Shown here piece by piece: positions 24,001 through 37,900 of a DNA stretch of 64,000 nucleotides. The notes below the pieces were generated by a model. The model did no database searches and was not told the origin of the DNA. It saw nothing but the letters and a program-made list of their open reading frames with translations. Both the position numbers and the translations under genes were made by a program. Source of the DNA: Eledone cirrhosa (taxonomy: Eukaryota); the NCBI GenBank assembly GCA_964016885.1, contig OZ024742.1:164176001-164240000 (forward strand). The letters run 5' to 3'. The stretch's first letter is position 1, and every line of letters starts with the position of its first letter.

Positions 24001-26625
24001 AGGGCTGGAAATTATCTTCCCTTGGACGGCTGGAAATTATCTCCCCTTGGCTCGAAATTATCTCCCCTTGGACGGCTAGAAATTATCTCTCTTTGGACGG
24101 CTGGAAATTATCTCCCTTTGATTTTTTTTACAAATTATCTCCCCCGGATTTTTTTTACAAATCTCCCCCTGATTTTTTAAAAAAAATTATCTCCCCTTCG
24201 CTGGCTGGAAATTATCTCCCCTTGGACACTGGAAATTATAGCCCCTTGGAGGGCTGGAAATTATCTTCCCTTGGACGGCTGGAAATTATCTCTGCTTGAT
24301 TTTTTTTACAAATTATCTCCCCCTGATTTTTTTTTACAAATTATCCCCCCCGATTTTTTTTACAAATTATCTCCCCCTGATTTTTTTTACAAATTATCTC
24401 CCCTTGGACGGCTGGAAATTATCTCCCCTTGGACGGCTGGAAATTATCTCCCCTTGGACGGCTAGAAATTACCTCTCCTTGGACGACTGAAAATTATCTC
24501 CCCTTGGACGGCTGCAAATTATCTCCCCTTGATTTTTTTTACAAATTATCTCCGCCTGATTTTTTTTAAAAAATTATCTCCCCTTGGACGGCTGGAAATT
24601 ACCTCCCCTTGGACGGCTGGAAATTATCTCCCCTTGGACGGCTAGAAATTACCTCTCATTGGACGGCTGAAAATTATCTCCCCTTGGACGGCTGGAAATT
24701 ATCTCCCCTTGATTTTTTTTACAAATTATCTCCCCCTGATTTTTTTTTACAAATTATCTCCCCCTGATTTTTTTTTTTACAAATTATCTCCGCCTGATTT
24801 TTTTTTAAAATTATCTCTCCTTGGACGGCTGGATATTATCTCCCCTTTCATTTTTTTTACAAATTATCTCCCCCTGATTTTTTTTTACAAATTATCTCCC
24901 CCTGATTTTTTTTTACAAATTATCTACCCCTAATTTTTTTTTACAAATTATCTCCCCCTGATTTTTTTTACAAATTATCTCCCCCTGATTTTTTTTTTAC
25001 AAATTATCTCCCCCTGATTTTTTTACAAATTATCTCCCCCTGATTTTTTTTACAAATTATCTCCGCCTGATTTTTTTAAATATTATCTTCTCTTGGCTGG
25101 CGGGAAATTATCTCCCCTTGGACGGCTGAAAATTATCTCCCCTTTGACGGCTGGAAATTATCTCCCCTTGATTTTTTTTACAAATTATCTCCCCCTGATT
25201 TTTTTTACAAATTATCTCCCCCTGATTTTTTTTACAAATTATCTCCCCCTGATTTTTTTTTACAAATTATCTCCCCCTGATTTTTTTTACAAATTATCTC
25301 CCCCTGATTTTTTTACAAATTATCTCCCCTTGGCTGGCTGGAAATTATCTCCCCTTGGAGGCTGGAATTTATCTCCCCTTGGACGGCTAGAAATTACCTC
25401 TCCTTGGACGGCTGGAAAATATGTCCTTGGACGGCTGGATATTATCTACCCTTGGACGGCTGGAAATTATCTCCCCTTGGACGGCTGGAAATTATCTCCC
25501 CTTGGACGGCTAGATATTACCTCCCCTTGGACGGCTGGAAATTATCTCCCCTTGATTTTTTTTACAAATTATCCCCCCCTGATTTTTTTTTACAAATTAT
25601 CTCCCCCTGATTTTTTTTTACAAATTATCTACCCCTGATTTTTTTTTACAAATTATCTCCCCCTAATTTTTTTTACAAATTATCTCTCCCTGATTTTTTT
25701 TTACAAATTATCTCCCCCTGATTTTTTTTTACAAATTATCTACCCCTGATTTTTTTTTACAAATTATCTCCCCCTGATTTTTTTTACAAATTATCTCCCC
25801 CTGATTTTTTTTACAAATTATCTCCCCCTGATTTTTTTACAAATTATCTCCCCCCGATTTTTTTTACAAATTATCTCCGCCTAATTTTTTTAAATATTAT
25901 CTTCCCTTGGCTGGCGGGAAATTATCTCCCCTTGGACGGCTGAAAATTATCTCCCCTTGGACGGCTGGAAATTATCTCCCCTTGATTTTTTTACAAATTA
26001 TCTCCCCCTGATTATTTTTTACAAATTATCTCCCCCTGATTTTTTTTTACAAATTATCTCCCACTGATTTTTTTTACAAATTATCTCCCCTTGGCTGGCT
26101 GGAAATTATCTCCCCTTGGAGGCTGGAATTTATCTCCACTTGGACGGTTAGAAATTACCTCTCCTTGGACTGCTGGAAAATATGTCTCCTTGGACGGCTG
26201 GAAATTATCTCCCCTTGGACGGCTGGAAATTATCTCCCCTTGGACGGCTGGAAATTATCTCTCCTCGGACGACTAGAAATTACCTCTCCTTGGACAGCTG
26301 AAAATTATCTCCCCTTGGACGGCTGGAAATTATCTCCCCTTGATTTTTTTTACAAATTATCTCCCCCCGATTTTTTTTTACAAATTATCTCCCCCTGATT
26401 TTTTTTTACAAATTATCTCCCCCTGATTTTTTTTACAAATTATCTCCCCCTGATATTTTTTACAAATTATCTCCCCCTGATTTTTTTACAAATTATCTCC
26501 CCTTGGCTGGCTGGAAATTATCTCCCCTTGGAGGCTGGAATTTATCTCCCCTTGGACGGCTAGAAATTACCTCGCCTTGGACGGCTGGAAAATATGTCTC
26601 CTTGGACGGCTGGAAATTATCTCCC
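21040..26625 (+). repeat. Nested tandem duplication, period ~2.78 kb (inside second 7.77-kb copy)
   Basis: Offsets 21110>23890, 21491>24271, 23311>26091, 23723>26503 (2780). Confidence 0.9.
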
Positions 26626-26654
26626 CTTGGACGGCTGGAAATTATCTCCCCTTG

Positions 26655-29600
26655 GACGGCTGGAAATTATCTCCCCTTGGACAGCTAGATATTACCTCCC
26701 CTTGGACGGCTGGAAATTATCTCCCCTTGATTTTTTTACAAATTATCTCCCCCTGATTTTTTTTTAAAATTATCTCCCCTTGAACGGCTGGAAATTATCT
26801 CCCCTTGGACGGCTGGAAATTATCTCCCCTTGGACGGCTAGAAATTACCTCTCCTTGGACGGCTGAAAATTATCTCCCCTTGGACGGCTGCAAATTATCT
26901 CCCCTTGATTTTTTAACAAATTATCTCCCCCTGATTTTTTTTTACAAATTATCTCCCCCTGATTTTTTTTTACAAATTATCTACGCCTAATTTTTTTTAC
27001 AAATTATCTCCCCTGATTTTTTTTTACAAATTATCTCCCCCTGATTTTTTTTTACAAATTATTTCCCCCTGATTTTTTTACAAATTATCTCCCCCCTGAT
27101 TTTTTTTACAATCTCCGCCTGATTTTTTTAAAAATTATCTTGCCTTGGCTGGCGGGAAATTATCTCCCCTTGGACGGCTGGAAATTATATCCCCTTGGAC
27201 GGCTGGAAATTACCTCCCCTTGGACAGCTGGAAATTATCTGCCCTTGATTTTGTTTTTACAAATTATCTCCCCCTGATTTTTTTTACAAATTATCTCCAC
27301 CTGATTTTTTAAAAAATTATCTCCCCTTGGACGGCTGGAAATTATCTCCCCTTGGACGGCTGATAATTATCTCCCCTTGGACGGCTGGAAATTATCTCCC
27401 CTTGATTTTTTTTACAAATTATCTCCCCCTGATTTTTTTTTACAAATTATCTCCCCCTGATTTTTTTTACAAATTATCTCCGCCTGATTTTTTTAAATAT
27501 TATCTTCCCTTGGCTGGCTGGAAATTATCTCCCCTTGGAGGCTGGAATTTATCTCCCCTTGGACGGCTAGAAATTACCTCTCCTTGGACGGCTGGAAAAT
27601 ATTTCTCCTTGGACGGCTGGATATTATCTACCCTTGGACGGGTGGAAATTATCTCCCCTTGGACGGCTGGAAATTATCTCCCCTTGGACGGCTAGATATT
27701 ACCTCCCCTTGGACGACTGGAAATTATCTCCCCTTGATTTTTTTACAAATTATCTCCCCCTGATTTTTTTTTTACAAATTATCTCCCCCTGATTTTTTTA
27801 CAAATTATCTCCCCCTGATTTTTTTTACAAATTATCTCCGCCTGATTTTTTTAAATATTATCTTCTCTTGGCTGGCGGGAAATTATCTCCCCTTGGACGG
27901 CTGGAAATTATCTCCCCTTGATTTTTTTTACAAATTATCTCCCCCTGATTTTTTTTAAAAAATTATCTCCCCCTGATTTTTTTTTACAAATTATCTCCCC
28001 CTGATTTTTTTTTACAAATTATCTCCCCCTGATTTTTTTTACAAATTATCTCCCCCTGATTTTTTTACAAATTATCTCCCCTTGGCTGGCTGGAAATTAT
28101 CTCCCCTTGGACACTGTAAATTATAGCCCCTTGGAGGGCTGGAAATTATCTTACCTTGGACGGCTGGAAATTATCTCTGCTTGATTTTTTTTACAAATTA
28201 TCTCCCCCTGATTTTTTTTTACAAATTATCCCCCCCGATTTTTTTTACAAATTATCTCCCCCTGATTTTTTTTACAAATTATCTCCCCTTGGACGGCTGG
28301 AAATTATCTCCCCTTGGACGGCTGGAAATTATCTCTCCTTGGACGGCTAGAAATTACCTCTCCTTGGACGACTGAAAATTATCTCCCCTTGGACGGCTGC
28401 AAATTATCTCCCCTTGATTTCTTTTACAAATTATCTCCGCCTGATTTTTTTTTTTAAATTATCTCCCCTTGGACGGCTGGAAATTACCTCCCCTTGGACG
28501 GCTGGAAATTATCTCCCCTTGGACGGCTAGAAATTACCTCTCATTGGACGGCTGAAAATTATCTCCCCTTGGACGGCTGGAAATTATCTCCCCTTGATTT
28601 TTTTTACAAATTATCTCCCCCTGATTTTTTTTTTACAAATTATCTCCGCCTGATTTTTTTTTAAAATTATCTCTCCTTGGACGGCTGGATATTATCTCCC
28701 CTTTCATTTTTTTTACAAATTATCTCCCCCTGATTTTTTTTTACAAATTATCTCCCCCTGATTTTTTTTTACAAATTATCTACCCCTAATTTTTTTTTAC
28801 AAATTATCTCCCCCTGATTTTTTTTACAAATTATCTCCCCCTGATTTTTTTTTTACAAATTATCTCCCCCTGATTTTTTTACAAATTATCTCCCCCTGAT
28901 TTTTTTTACAAATTATCTCCGCCTGATTTTTTTAAATATTATCTTCTCTTGGCTGGCGGGAAATTATCTCCCCTTGGACGGCTGAAAATTATCTCCCCTT
29001 GGACGGCTGGAAATTATCTCCCCTTGATTTTTTTTACAAATTATCTCCCCCTGATTTTTTTTTACAAATTATCTCCCCCTGATTTTTTTTTACAAATTAT
29101 CTCCCCCTGATTTTTTTTTACAAATTATCTCCCCCTGATTTTTTTTACAAATTATCTCCCCCTGATTTTTTTACAAATTATCTCCCCTTGGCTGGCTGGA
29201 AATTATCTCCCCTTGGAGGCTGGAATTTATCTCCCCTTGGACGGCTAGAAATTACCTCTCCTTGGACGGCTGGAAAATATGTCCTTGGACGGCTGGATAT
29301 TATCTACCCTTGGACGGCTGGAAATTATCTCCCCTTGGACGGCTAGATATTACCTCCCCTTGGACGGCTGGAAATTATCTCCCCTTGATTTTTTTTACAA
29401 ATTATCTCCCCCTGATTTTTTTTTACAAATTATCTCCCCCTGATTTTTTTTTACAAATTATCTCCGCCTGATTTTTTTTTACAAATTATCTCCCCCTAAT
29501 TTTTTTTACAAATTATCTCTCCCTGATCTTTTTTTACAAATTATCTCCCCCTGATTTTTTTTTACCAATTATCTACCCCTGATTTTTTTTTACAAATTAT

Positions 29601-32600
29601 CTCCCCCTGATTTTTTTTACAAATTATCTCCCCCTGATTTTTTTACAAATTATCTCCCCCCGATTTTTTTTACAAATTATATCCGCCTAATTTTTTAAAT
29701 ATTATCTATCCTTGGCTGGCGGGAAATTATCTCCCCTTGGACGGCTGAAAATTTTCTCCCCTTGGACGGCTGGAAATTATCTCCCCTTGATTTTTTTACA
29801 AATTATCTCTCCCTGATTATTTTTTACAAATTATCTCCCCCTGATTTTTTTTTACAAATTATCTCCCTCTGATTTTTTTTACAAATTATCTCCCCTTGGC
29901 TGGCTGGAAATTATCTCCCCTTGGAGGCTGGAATTTATCTCCCCTTGGACGGTTAGAAATTACCTCTCCTTGGACTGCTGGAAAATATGTCTCCTTGGAC
30001 GGCTGGAAATTATCTCCCCTTGGACGGCTGGAAATTATCTCCCCTTGGACGGCTGGAAATTATCTCTCCTCGGACGACTAGAAATTACCTCTCCTTGGAC
30101 AGCTGAAAATTATCTCCCCTTGGACGGCTGGAAATTATCTCCCCTTGATTTTTTTTACAAATTATCTCCCCCTGATTTAGTTTACAAATTATCTCCCCCT
30201 GATTTTTTTTTACAAATTATCTCCCCCTGATTTTTTTTACAAATTATCTCCCCCTGATATTTTTTACAAATTATCTCCCCCTGATTTTTTTACAAATTAT
30301 CTCCCCTTGGCTGGCTGGAAATTATCTACCCTTGGAGGCTGGAATTTATCTCCCCTTGGACGGCTAGAAATTACCTCGCCTTGGACGGCTGGAAAATATG
30401 TCTCCTTGGACGGCTGGAAATTATCTCCCCTTGGACGGCTGGAAATTATCTCCCCTTGGACGGCTGGAAATTATCTCCCCTTGGACGGCTAGATATTACC
30501 TCCCCTTGGACGGCTGGAAATTATCTCCCCTTGATTTTTTTTACAAATTATCTCCCCCTGATTTTTTTTTACAAATTATCTCCCCCTGATTTTTTTTTAC
30601 GAAGTATCTCCCCCTGATTTTTTTTTACAAATTATCTCCGCCTGATTTTTTTTAAAAAATTATCTCCCCTTGAACGGCTGGAAATTATCTCCCCTTGGAC
30701 AGCTAGATATTACCTCCCCTTGGACGGCTGGAAATTATCTCCCCTTGATTTTTTTACAAATTATCTCCCCCTGATTTTTTTTTAAAATTATCTCCCCTTG
30801 AACGGCTGGAAATTATCTCCCCTTGGACGGCTGGAAATTATCTCCCCTTGGACGGCTAGAAATTACCTCTCCTTGGACGGCTGAAAATTATCTCCCCTTG
30901 GACGGCTGCAAATTATCTCCCCTTGATTTTTTAACAAATTATCTCCCCCTGATTTTTTTTTACAAATTATCTCCCCCTGATTTTTTTTTACAAATTATCT
31001 ACGCCTAATTTTTTTTACAAATTATCTCCCCTGATTTTTTTTTACAAATTATCTCCCCCTGATTTTTTTTTACAAATTATTTCCCCCTGATTTTTTTACA
31101 AATTATCTCCCCCCTGATTTTTTTTACAATCTCCGCCTGATTTTTTTAAAAATTATCTTGCCTTGGCTGGCGGGAAATTATCTCCCCTTGGACGGCTGGA
31201 AATTATATCCCCTTGGACGGCTGGAAATTACCTCCCCTTGGACAGCTGGAAATTATCTGCCCTTGATTTTGTTTTTACAAATTATCTCCCCCTGATTTTT
31301 TTTACAAATTATCTCCACCTGATTTTTTAAAAAATTATCTCCCCTTGGACGGCTGGAAATTATCTCCCCTTGGACGGCTGATAATTATCTCCCCTTGGAC
31401 GGCTGGAAATTATCTCCCCTTGATTTTTTTTACAAATTATCTCCCCCTGATTTTTTTTTACAAATTATCTCCCCCTGATTTTTTTTACAAATTATCTCCG
31501 CCTGATTTTTTTAAATATTATCTTCCCTTGGCTGGCTGGAAATTATCTCCCCTTGGAGGCTGGAATTTATCTCCCCTTGGACGGCTAGAAATTACCTCTC
31601 CTTGGACGGCTGGAAAATATTTCTCCTTGGACGGCTGGATATTATCTACCCTTGGACGGGTGGAAATTATCTCCCCTTGGACGGCTGGAAATTATCTCCC
31701 CTTGGACGGCTAGATATTACCTCCCCTTGGACGACTGGAAATTATCTCCCCTTGATTTTTTTACAAATTATCTCCCCCTGATTTTTTTTTTACAAATTAT
31801 CTCCCCCTGATTTTTTTACAAATTATCTCCCCCTGATTTTTTTTACAAATTATCTCCGCCTGATTTTTTTAAATATTATCTTCTCTTGGCTGGCGGGAAA
31901 TTATCTCCCCTTGGACGGCTGGAAATTATCTCCCCTTGATTTTTTTTACAAATTATCTCCCCCTGATTTTTTTTAAAAAATTATCTCCCCCTGATTTTTT
32001 TTTACAAATTATCTCCCCCTGATTTTTTTTTACAAATTATCTCCCCCTGATTTTTTTTACAAATTATCTCCCCCTGATTTTTTTACAAATTATCTCCCCT
32101 TGGCTGGCTGGAAATTATCTCCCCTTGGACACTGTAAATTATAGCCCCTTGGAGGGCTGGAAATTATCTTACCTTGGACGGCTGGAAATTATCTCTGCTT
32201 GATTTTTTTTACAAATTATCTCCCCCTGATTTTTTTTTACAAATTATCCCCCCCGATTTTTTTTACAAATTATCTCCCCCTGATTTTTTTTACAAATTAT
32301 CTCCCCTTGGACGGCTGGAAATTATCTCCCCTTGGACGGCTGGAAATTATCTCTCCTTGGACGGCTAGAAATTACCTCTCCTTGGACGACTGAAAATTAT
32401 CTCCCCTTGGACGGCTGCAAATTATCTCCCCTTGATTTCTTTTACAAATTATCTCCGCCTGATTTTTTTTTTTAAATTATCTCCCCTTGGACGGCTGGAA
32501 ATTACCTCCCCTTGGACGGCTGGAAATTATCTCCCCTTGGACGGCTAGAAATTACCTCTCATTGGACGGCTGAAAATTATCTCCCCTTGGACGGCTGGAA

Positions 32601-34715
32601 ATTATCTCCCCTTGATTTTTTTTACAAATTATCTCCCCCTGATTTTTTTTTTACAAATTATCTCCGCCTGATTTTTTTTTAAAATTATCTCTCCTTGGAC
32701 GGCTGGATATTATCTCCCCTTTCATTTTTTTTACAAATTATCTCCCCCTGATTTTTTTTTACAAATTATCTCCCCCTGATTTTTTTTTACAAATTATCTA
32801 CCCCTAATTTTTTTTTACAAATTATCTCCCCCTGATTTTTTTTACAAATTATCTCCCCCTGATTTTTTTTTTACAAATTATCTCCCCCTGATTTTTTTAC
32901 AAATTATCTCCCCCTGATTTTTTTTACAAATTATCTCCGCCTGATTTTTTTAAATATTATCTTCTCTTGGCTGGCGGGAAATTATCTCCCCTTGGACGGC
33001 TGAAAATTATCTCCCCTTGGACGGCTGGAAATTATCTCCCCTTGATTTTTTTTACAAATTATCTCCCCCTGATTTTTTTTTACAAATTATCTCCCCCTGA
33101 TTTTTTTTTACAAATTATCTCCCCCTGATTTTTTTTTACAAATTATCTCCCCCTGATTTTTTTTACAAATTATCTCCCCCTGATTTTTTTACAAATTATC
33201 TCCCCTTGGCTGGCTGGAAATTATCTCCCCTTGGAGGCTGGAATTTATCTCCCCTTGGACGGCTAGAAATTACCTCTCCTTGGACGGCTGGAAAATATGT
33301 CCTTGGACGGCTGGATATTATCTACCCTTGGACGGCTGGAAATTATCTCCCCTTGGACGGCTAGATATTACCTCCCCTTGGACGGCTGGAAATTATCTCC
33401 CCTTGATTTTTTTTACAAATTATCTCCCCCTGATTTTTTTTTACAAATTATCTCCCCCTGATTTTTTTTTACAAATTATCTCCGCCTGATTTTTTTTTAC
33501 AAATTATCTCCCCCTAATTTTTTTTACAAATTATCTCTCCCTGATCTTTTTTTACAAATTATCTCCCCCTGATTTTTTTTTACCAATTATCTACCCCTGA
33601 TTTTTTTTTACAAATTATCTCCCCCTGATTTTTTTTACAAATTATCTCCCCCTGATTTTTTTACAAATTATCTCCCCCCGATTTTTTTTACAAATTATAT
33701 CCGCCTAATTTTTTAAATATTATCTATCCTTGGCTGGCGGGAAATTATCTCCCCTTGGACGGCTGAAAATTTTCTCCCCTTGGACGGCTGGAAATTATCT
33801 CCCCTTGATTTTTTTACAAATTATCTCCCCCTGATTATTTTTTACAAATTATCTCCCCCTGATTTTTTTTTACAAATTATCTCCCTCTGATTTTTTTTAC
33901 AAATTATCTCCCCTTGGCTGGCTGGAAATTATCTCCCCTTGGAGGCTGGAATTTATCTCCCCTTGGACGGTTAGAAATTACCTCTCCTTGGACTGCTGGA
34001 AAATATGTCTCCTTGGACGGCTGGAAATTATCTCCCCTTGGACGGCTGGAAATTATCTCCCCTTGGACGGCTGGAAATTATCTCTCCTCGGACGACTAGA
34101 AATTACCTCTCCTTGGACAGCTGAAAATTATCTCCCCTTGGACGGCTGGAAATTATCTCCCCTTGATTTTTTTTACAAATTATCTCCCCCTGATTTAGTT
34201 TACAAATTATCTCCCCCTGATTTTTTTTTACAAATTATCTCCCCCTGATTTTTTTTACAAATTATCTCCCCCTGATATTTTTTACAAATTATCTCCCCCT
34301 GATTTTTTTACAAATTATCTCCCCTTGGCTGGCTGGAAATTATCTACCCTTGGAGGCTGGAATTTATCTCCCCTTGGACGGCTAGAAATTACCTCGCCTT
34401 GGACGGCTGGAAAATATGTCTCCTTGGACGGCTGGAAATTATCTCCCCTTGGACGGCTGGAAATTATCTCCCCTTGGACGGCTGGAAATTATCTCCCCTT
34501 GGACGGCTAGATATTACCTCCCCTTGGACGGCTGGAAATTATCTCCCCTTGATTTTTTTTACAAATTATCTCCCCCTGATTTTTTTTTACAAATTATCTC
34601 CCCCTGATTTTTTTTTACGAAGTATCTCCCCCTGATTTTTTTTTACAAATTATCTCCGCCTGATTTTTTTTAAAAAATTATCTCCCCTTGAACGGCTGGA
34701 AATTATCTCCCCTTG
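26655..34715 (+). repeat. Near-perfect tandem duplication, period 4018 bp (junction near 30,675-30,700)
   Basis: Constant offset 4018: 26805>30823, 27327>31345, 28156>32174, 29262>33280, 29896>33914, 30381>34399. Confidence 0.94.
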
Positions 34716-34929
34716 GACGGCTGGAAATTATCTCCCCTTGGACGGCTAGAAATTACCTCTCCTTGGACGGCTGAAAATTATCTCCCATTGGACGGCTGCA
34801 AATTATCTCCCCTTGATTTTTTAACAAATTATCTCCCCCTGATTTTTTTTTACAAATTATCTCCCCCTGATTTTTTTTTACAAATTATCTACGCCTAATT
34901 TTTTTTACAAATTATCTCCCCCTGATTTT

Positions 34930-37900
34930 TTTTTACAAATTATCTCCCCCTGATTTTTTTTACAAATTATCTCCCCCTGATTTTTTTTTACAAATTATTT
35001 CCCCCTGATTTTTTTACAAATTATCTCCCCCCTGATTTTTTTTACAATCTCCGCCTGATTTTTTTAAAAATTATCTTCCCTTGGCTGGCGGGAAATTATC
35101 TCCCCTTGGACGGCTGGAAATTATATCCCCTTGGAAGGATGGAAATTATCTCCCCTTGGACGGCTGGAAATTATCTCCCCTTGGACGGCTGGAAATTATC
35201 TCCCCTTGGACAGCTGGAAATTATCTGTCCTTGATTTTGTTTTTACAAATTATCTCCCCCTGATTTTTTTTACAAATTATCTCCACCTGATTTTTTTAAA
35301 AATTATCTCCCCTTGGACGGCTGGAAATTATCTCCCCTTGATTTTTTTTACAAATTATCTCCCCCTGATTTTTTTTTACAAATTATCTCCCCCTGATTTT
35401 TTTTTACAAATTATCTCCCCCTGATTTTTTTTTACAAATTATCTCACCCTGATTTTTTTTACAAATTATCTCTCCCTGATTTTTTTACAAATTATCTCCC
35501 CTTGGCTGGCTGGAAATTATCTCCCCTTGGAGGCTGGAATTTATCTCCCCTTGGACGGCTAGAAATTACCTCTCCTTGGACGGCTGGAAAATATGTCTCC
35601 TTGGACGGCTGGATATTATCTACCCTTGGACGGCTGGAAATTATCTCCCCTTGGACGGCTGGAAATTATCTCCTCTTGGACGGCTAGATATTACCTCCCC
35701 TTGGACGGCTGGAAATTATCTCCCCTTGATTTTTTTACAAATTATCTCCCCCTGATTTTTTTACAAATTATCTCCCCCTGATTTTTTTTACAAATTATCT
35801 CCGCCTAATTTTTTTAAATATTATCTTCCCTTGGCTGGCGGGAAATTATCTCCCCTTGGACGGCTGAAAATTATCTCCCCTTGGACGGCTGGAAATTATC
35901 TCCCCTTGATTTTTTTTACAAATTATCTCCCCCTGATTTTTTTTTACAAATTATCTCCCCCTGATTTTTTTTACAAATTATCTCCCCCTGATTTTTTTAC
36001 AAATTATCTCCCCTTGGCTGGCTGGAAATTATCTCCCCTTGGAGGCTGGAATTTATCTCCCCTTGGACGGCTAGAAATTACCTCTCCTTGGAAGGCTGGA
36101 AAATATGTCCTTGGACGGCTGGATATTATCTACCCTTGGACGGCTGGAAATTATCTCCCCTTGGACGGCTGGAAATTATCTCCCCTTGGACGGCTAGATA
36201 TTACCTCCCCTTGGACGGCTGAAAATTATCTCCCCTTGGACGGCTGGAAATTATCTCCCCTTGATTTTTTTTTACAAATTATCTCCCCCTGATTATTTTT
36301 TACAAATTATTCCCTGATTTTTTTTTTACAAATTATCTCCCCCTGATTTTTTTTACAAATTATCTCCCCCTGATTTTTTTACAAATTATCTCCCCTTGGC
36401 TGGCTGGAAATTATCTCCCATTGGAGGCTGGAATTTATCTCCCCTTGGACGGTTAGAAATTACCTCCCCTTGGACGGCTGGAAAATATGTCTCCTTGGAC
36501 GGCTGGAAATTATCGCGCCTTGGACGGCTGGAAATTATCTCCCCTTGGACGGCTGGAAATTATCTCTCATCGGACGGCTAGAAATTACCTCTCCTTGGAC
36601 AGCTGAAAATTATCTCCCCTTGGACGGCTGGAAATTATCTCCCCTTGATTTTTTTTACAAATTATCTCCCCCTGATTTTTTTTTACAAATTATCTCCCCC
36701 TGATTTTTTTTTACAAATTATCTCCCCCTGATTTTTTTTTACAAATTATCTCCCCCTGATATTTTTTACAAATTATCTCCCCCTGATTTTTTTACAAATT
36801 ATCTCCCCTTGGCTGGCTGGAAATTATCTCCCCTTGGAGGCTGGAATTTATCTCCCCTTGGACGGCTAGAAATTACCTCGCCTTGGACGGCTGGAAAATA
36901 TGTCTCCTTGGACGGCTGGAAATTATCTCCCCTTGGACGGCTGGAAATTATCTCCCCTTGGACAGCTGGAAATTATCTCCCCTTGGACGGCTAGATATTA
37001 CCTCCCCTTGGACGGCTGGAAATTATCTCCCCTTGATTTTTTTTACAAATTATCTCCCCCTGATTTTTTTTTACAAATTATCTCCCCCTGATTTTTTTTT
37101 ACGAATTATCTCCCCCCGATTTTTTTTTACAAATTATCTCCGCCTGATTTTTTTTTAAAAATTATCTCCCCTTGAACGGCTGGAAATTATCTCCCCTTGG
37201 ACGGCTGGAAATTATCTCCCCTTGGACGGCTAGAAATTACCTCTCCTTGGACGGCTGAAAATTATCTCCCCTTGGACGGCTGCAAATTATCTCCCCTTGA
37301 TTTTTTAACAAATTATCTCCCCCTGATTTTTTTTTACAAATTATCTCCCCCTGATTTTTTTTTACAAATTATCTCCCCCTGATTTTTTTTTACAAATTAT
37401 CTCCCCCTGATTTTTTTACAAATTATCTCCCCCTGATTTTTTTTACAATCTCCGCCTGATTTTTTAAAAAATTATCTTCCCTTGGCTGGCGGGAAATTAT
37501 CTCCCCTTGGACGGCTGGAAATTATCTCCCCTTGATTTTTTTACAAATTATCTCCCCCTGATTTTTTTTACAAATTATCTCCCCCTGATTTTATGTTACA
37601 AATTATCTCCCCCTGATTTTTTTACAAATTATCTCCCCCTGATTTTTTTTACAAATTATCTCCGCCTGATTTTTTTAAATATTATCTTCCCTTGGCTGGC
37701 GGGAAATTATCTCCCCTTGGACGGCTGGAAATTATCTCCCCTTGATTTTTTTTACAAATTATCTCCCCCTGATTTTTTTTTACAAATTATCTCCCCCTGA
37801 TTTTTTTTTACAAATTATCTCCCCCTGATTTTTTTTTACAAATTATCTCCCCCTGATTTTTTTTTACAAATCTCCCCCTGATTTTTTTATAAATTATCTC

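Larger units (their letters stand above)
10860..26430 (+). repeat. Tandem higher-order duplication, period ~7.77 kb (two copies, junction near 18,630-18,660)
   Basis: ORF/variant offsets: 10993>18761 (7768), 11882>19651, 12610>20379, 13004>20773 (7769), 16044>23814 (7770), 17322>25093, 18320>26091 (7771). Confidence 0.93.
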
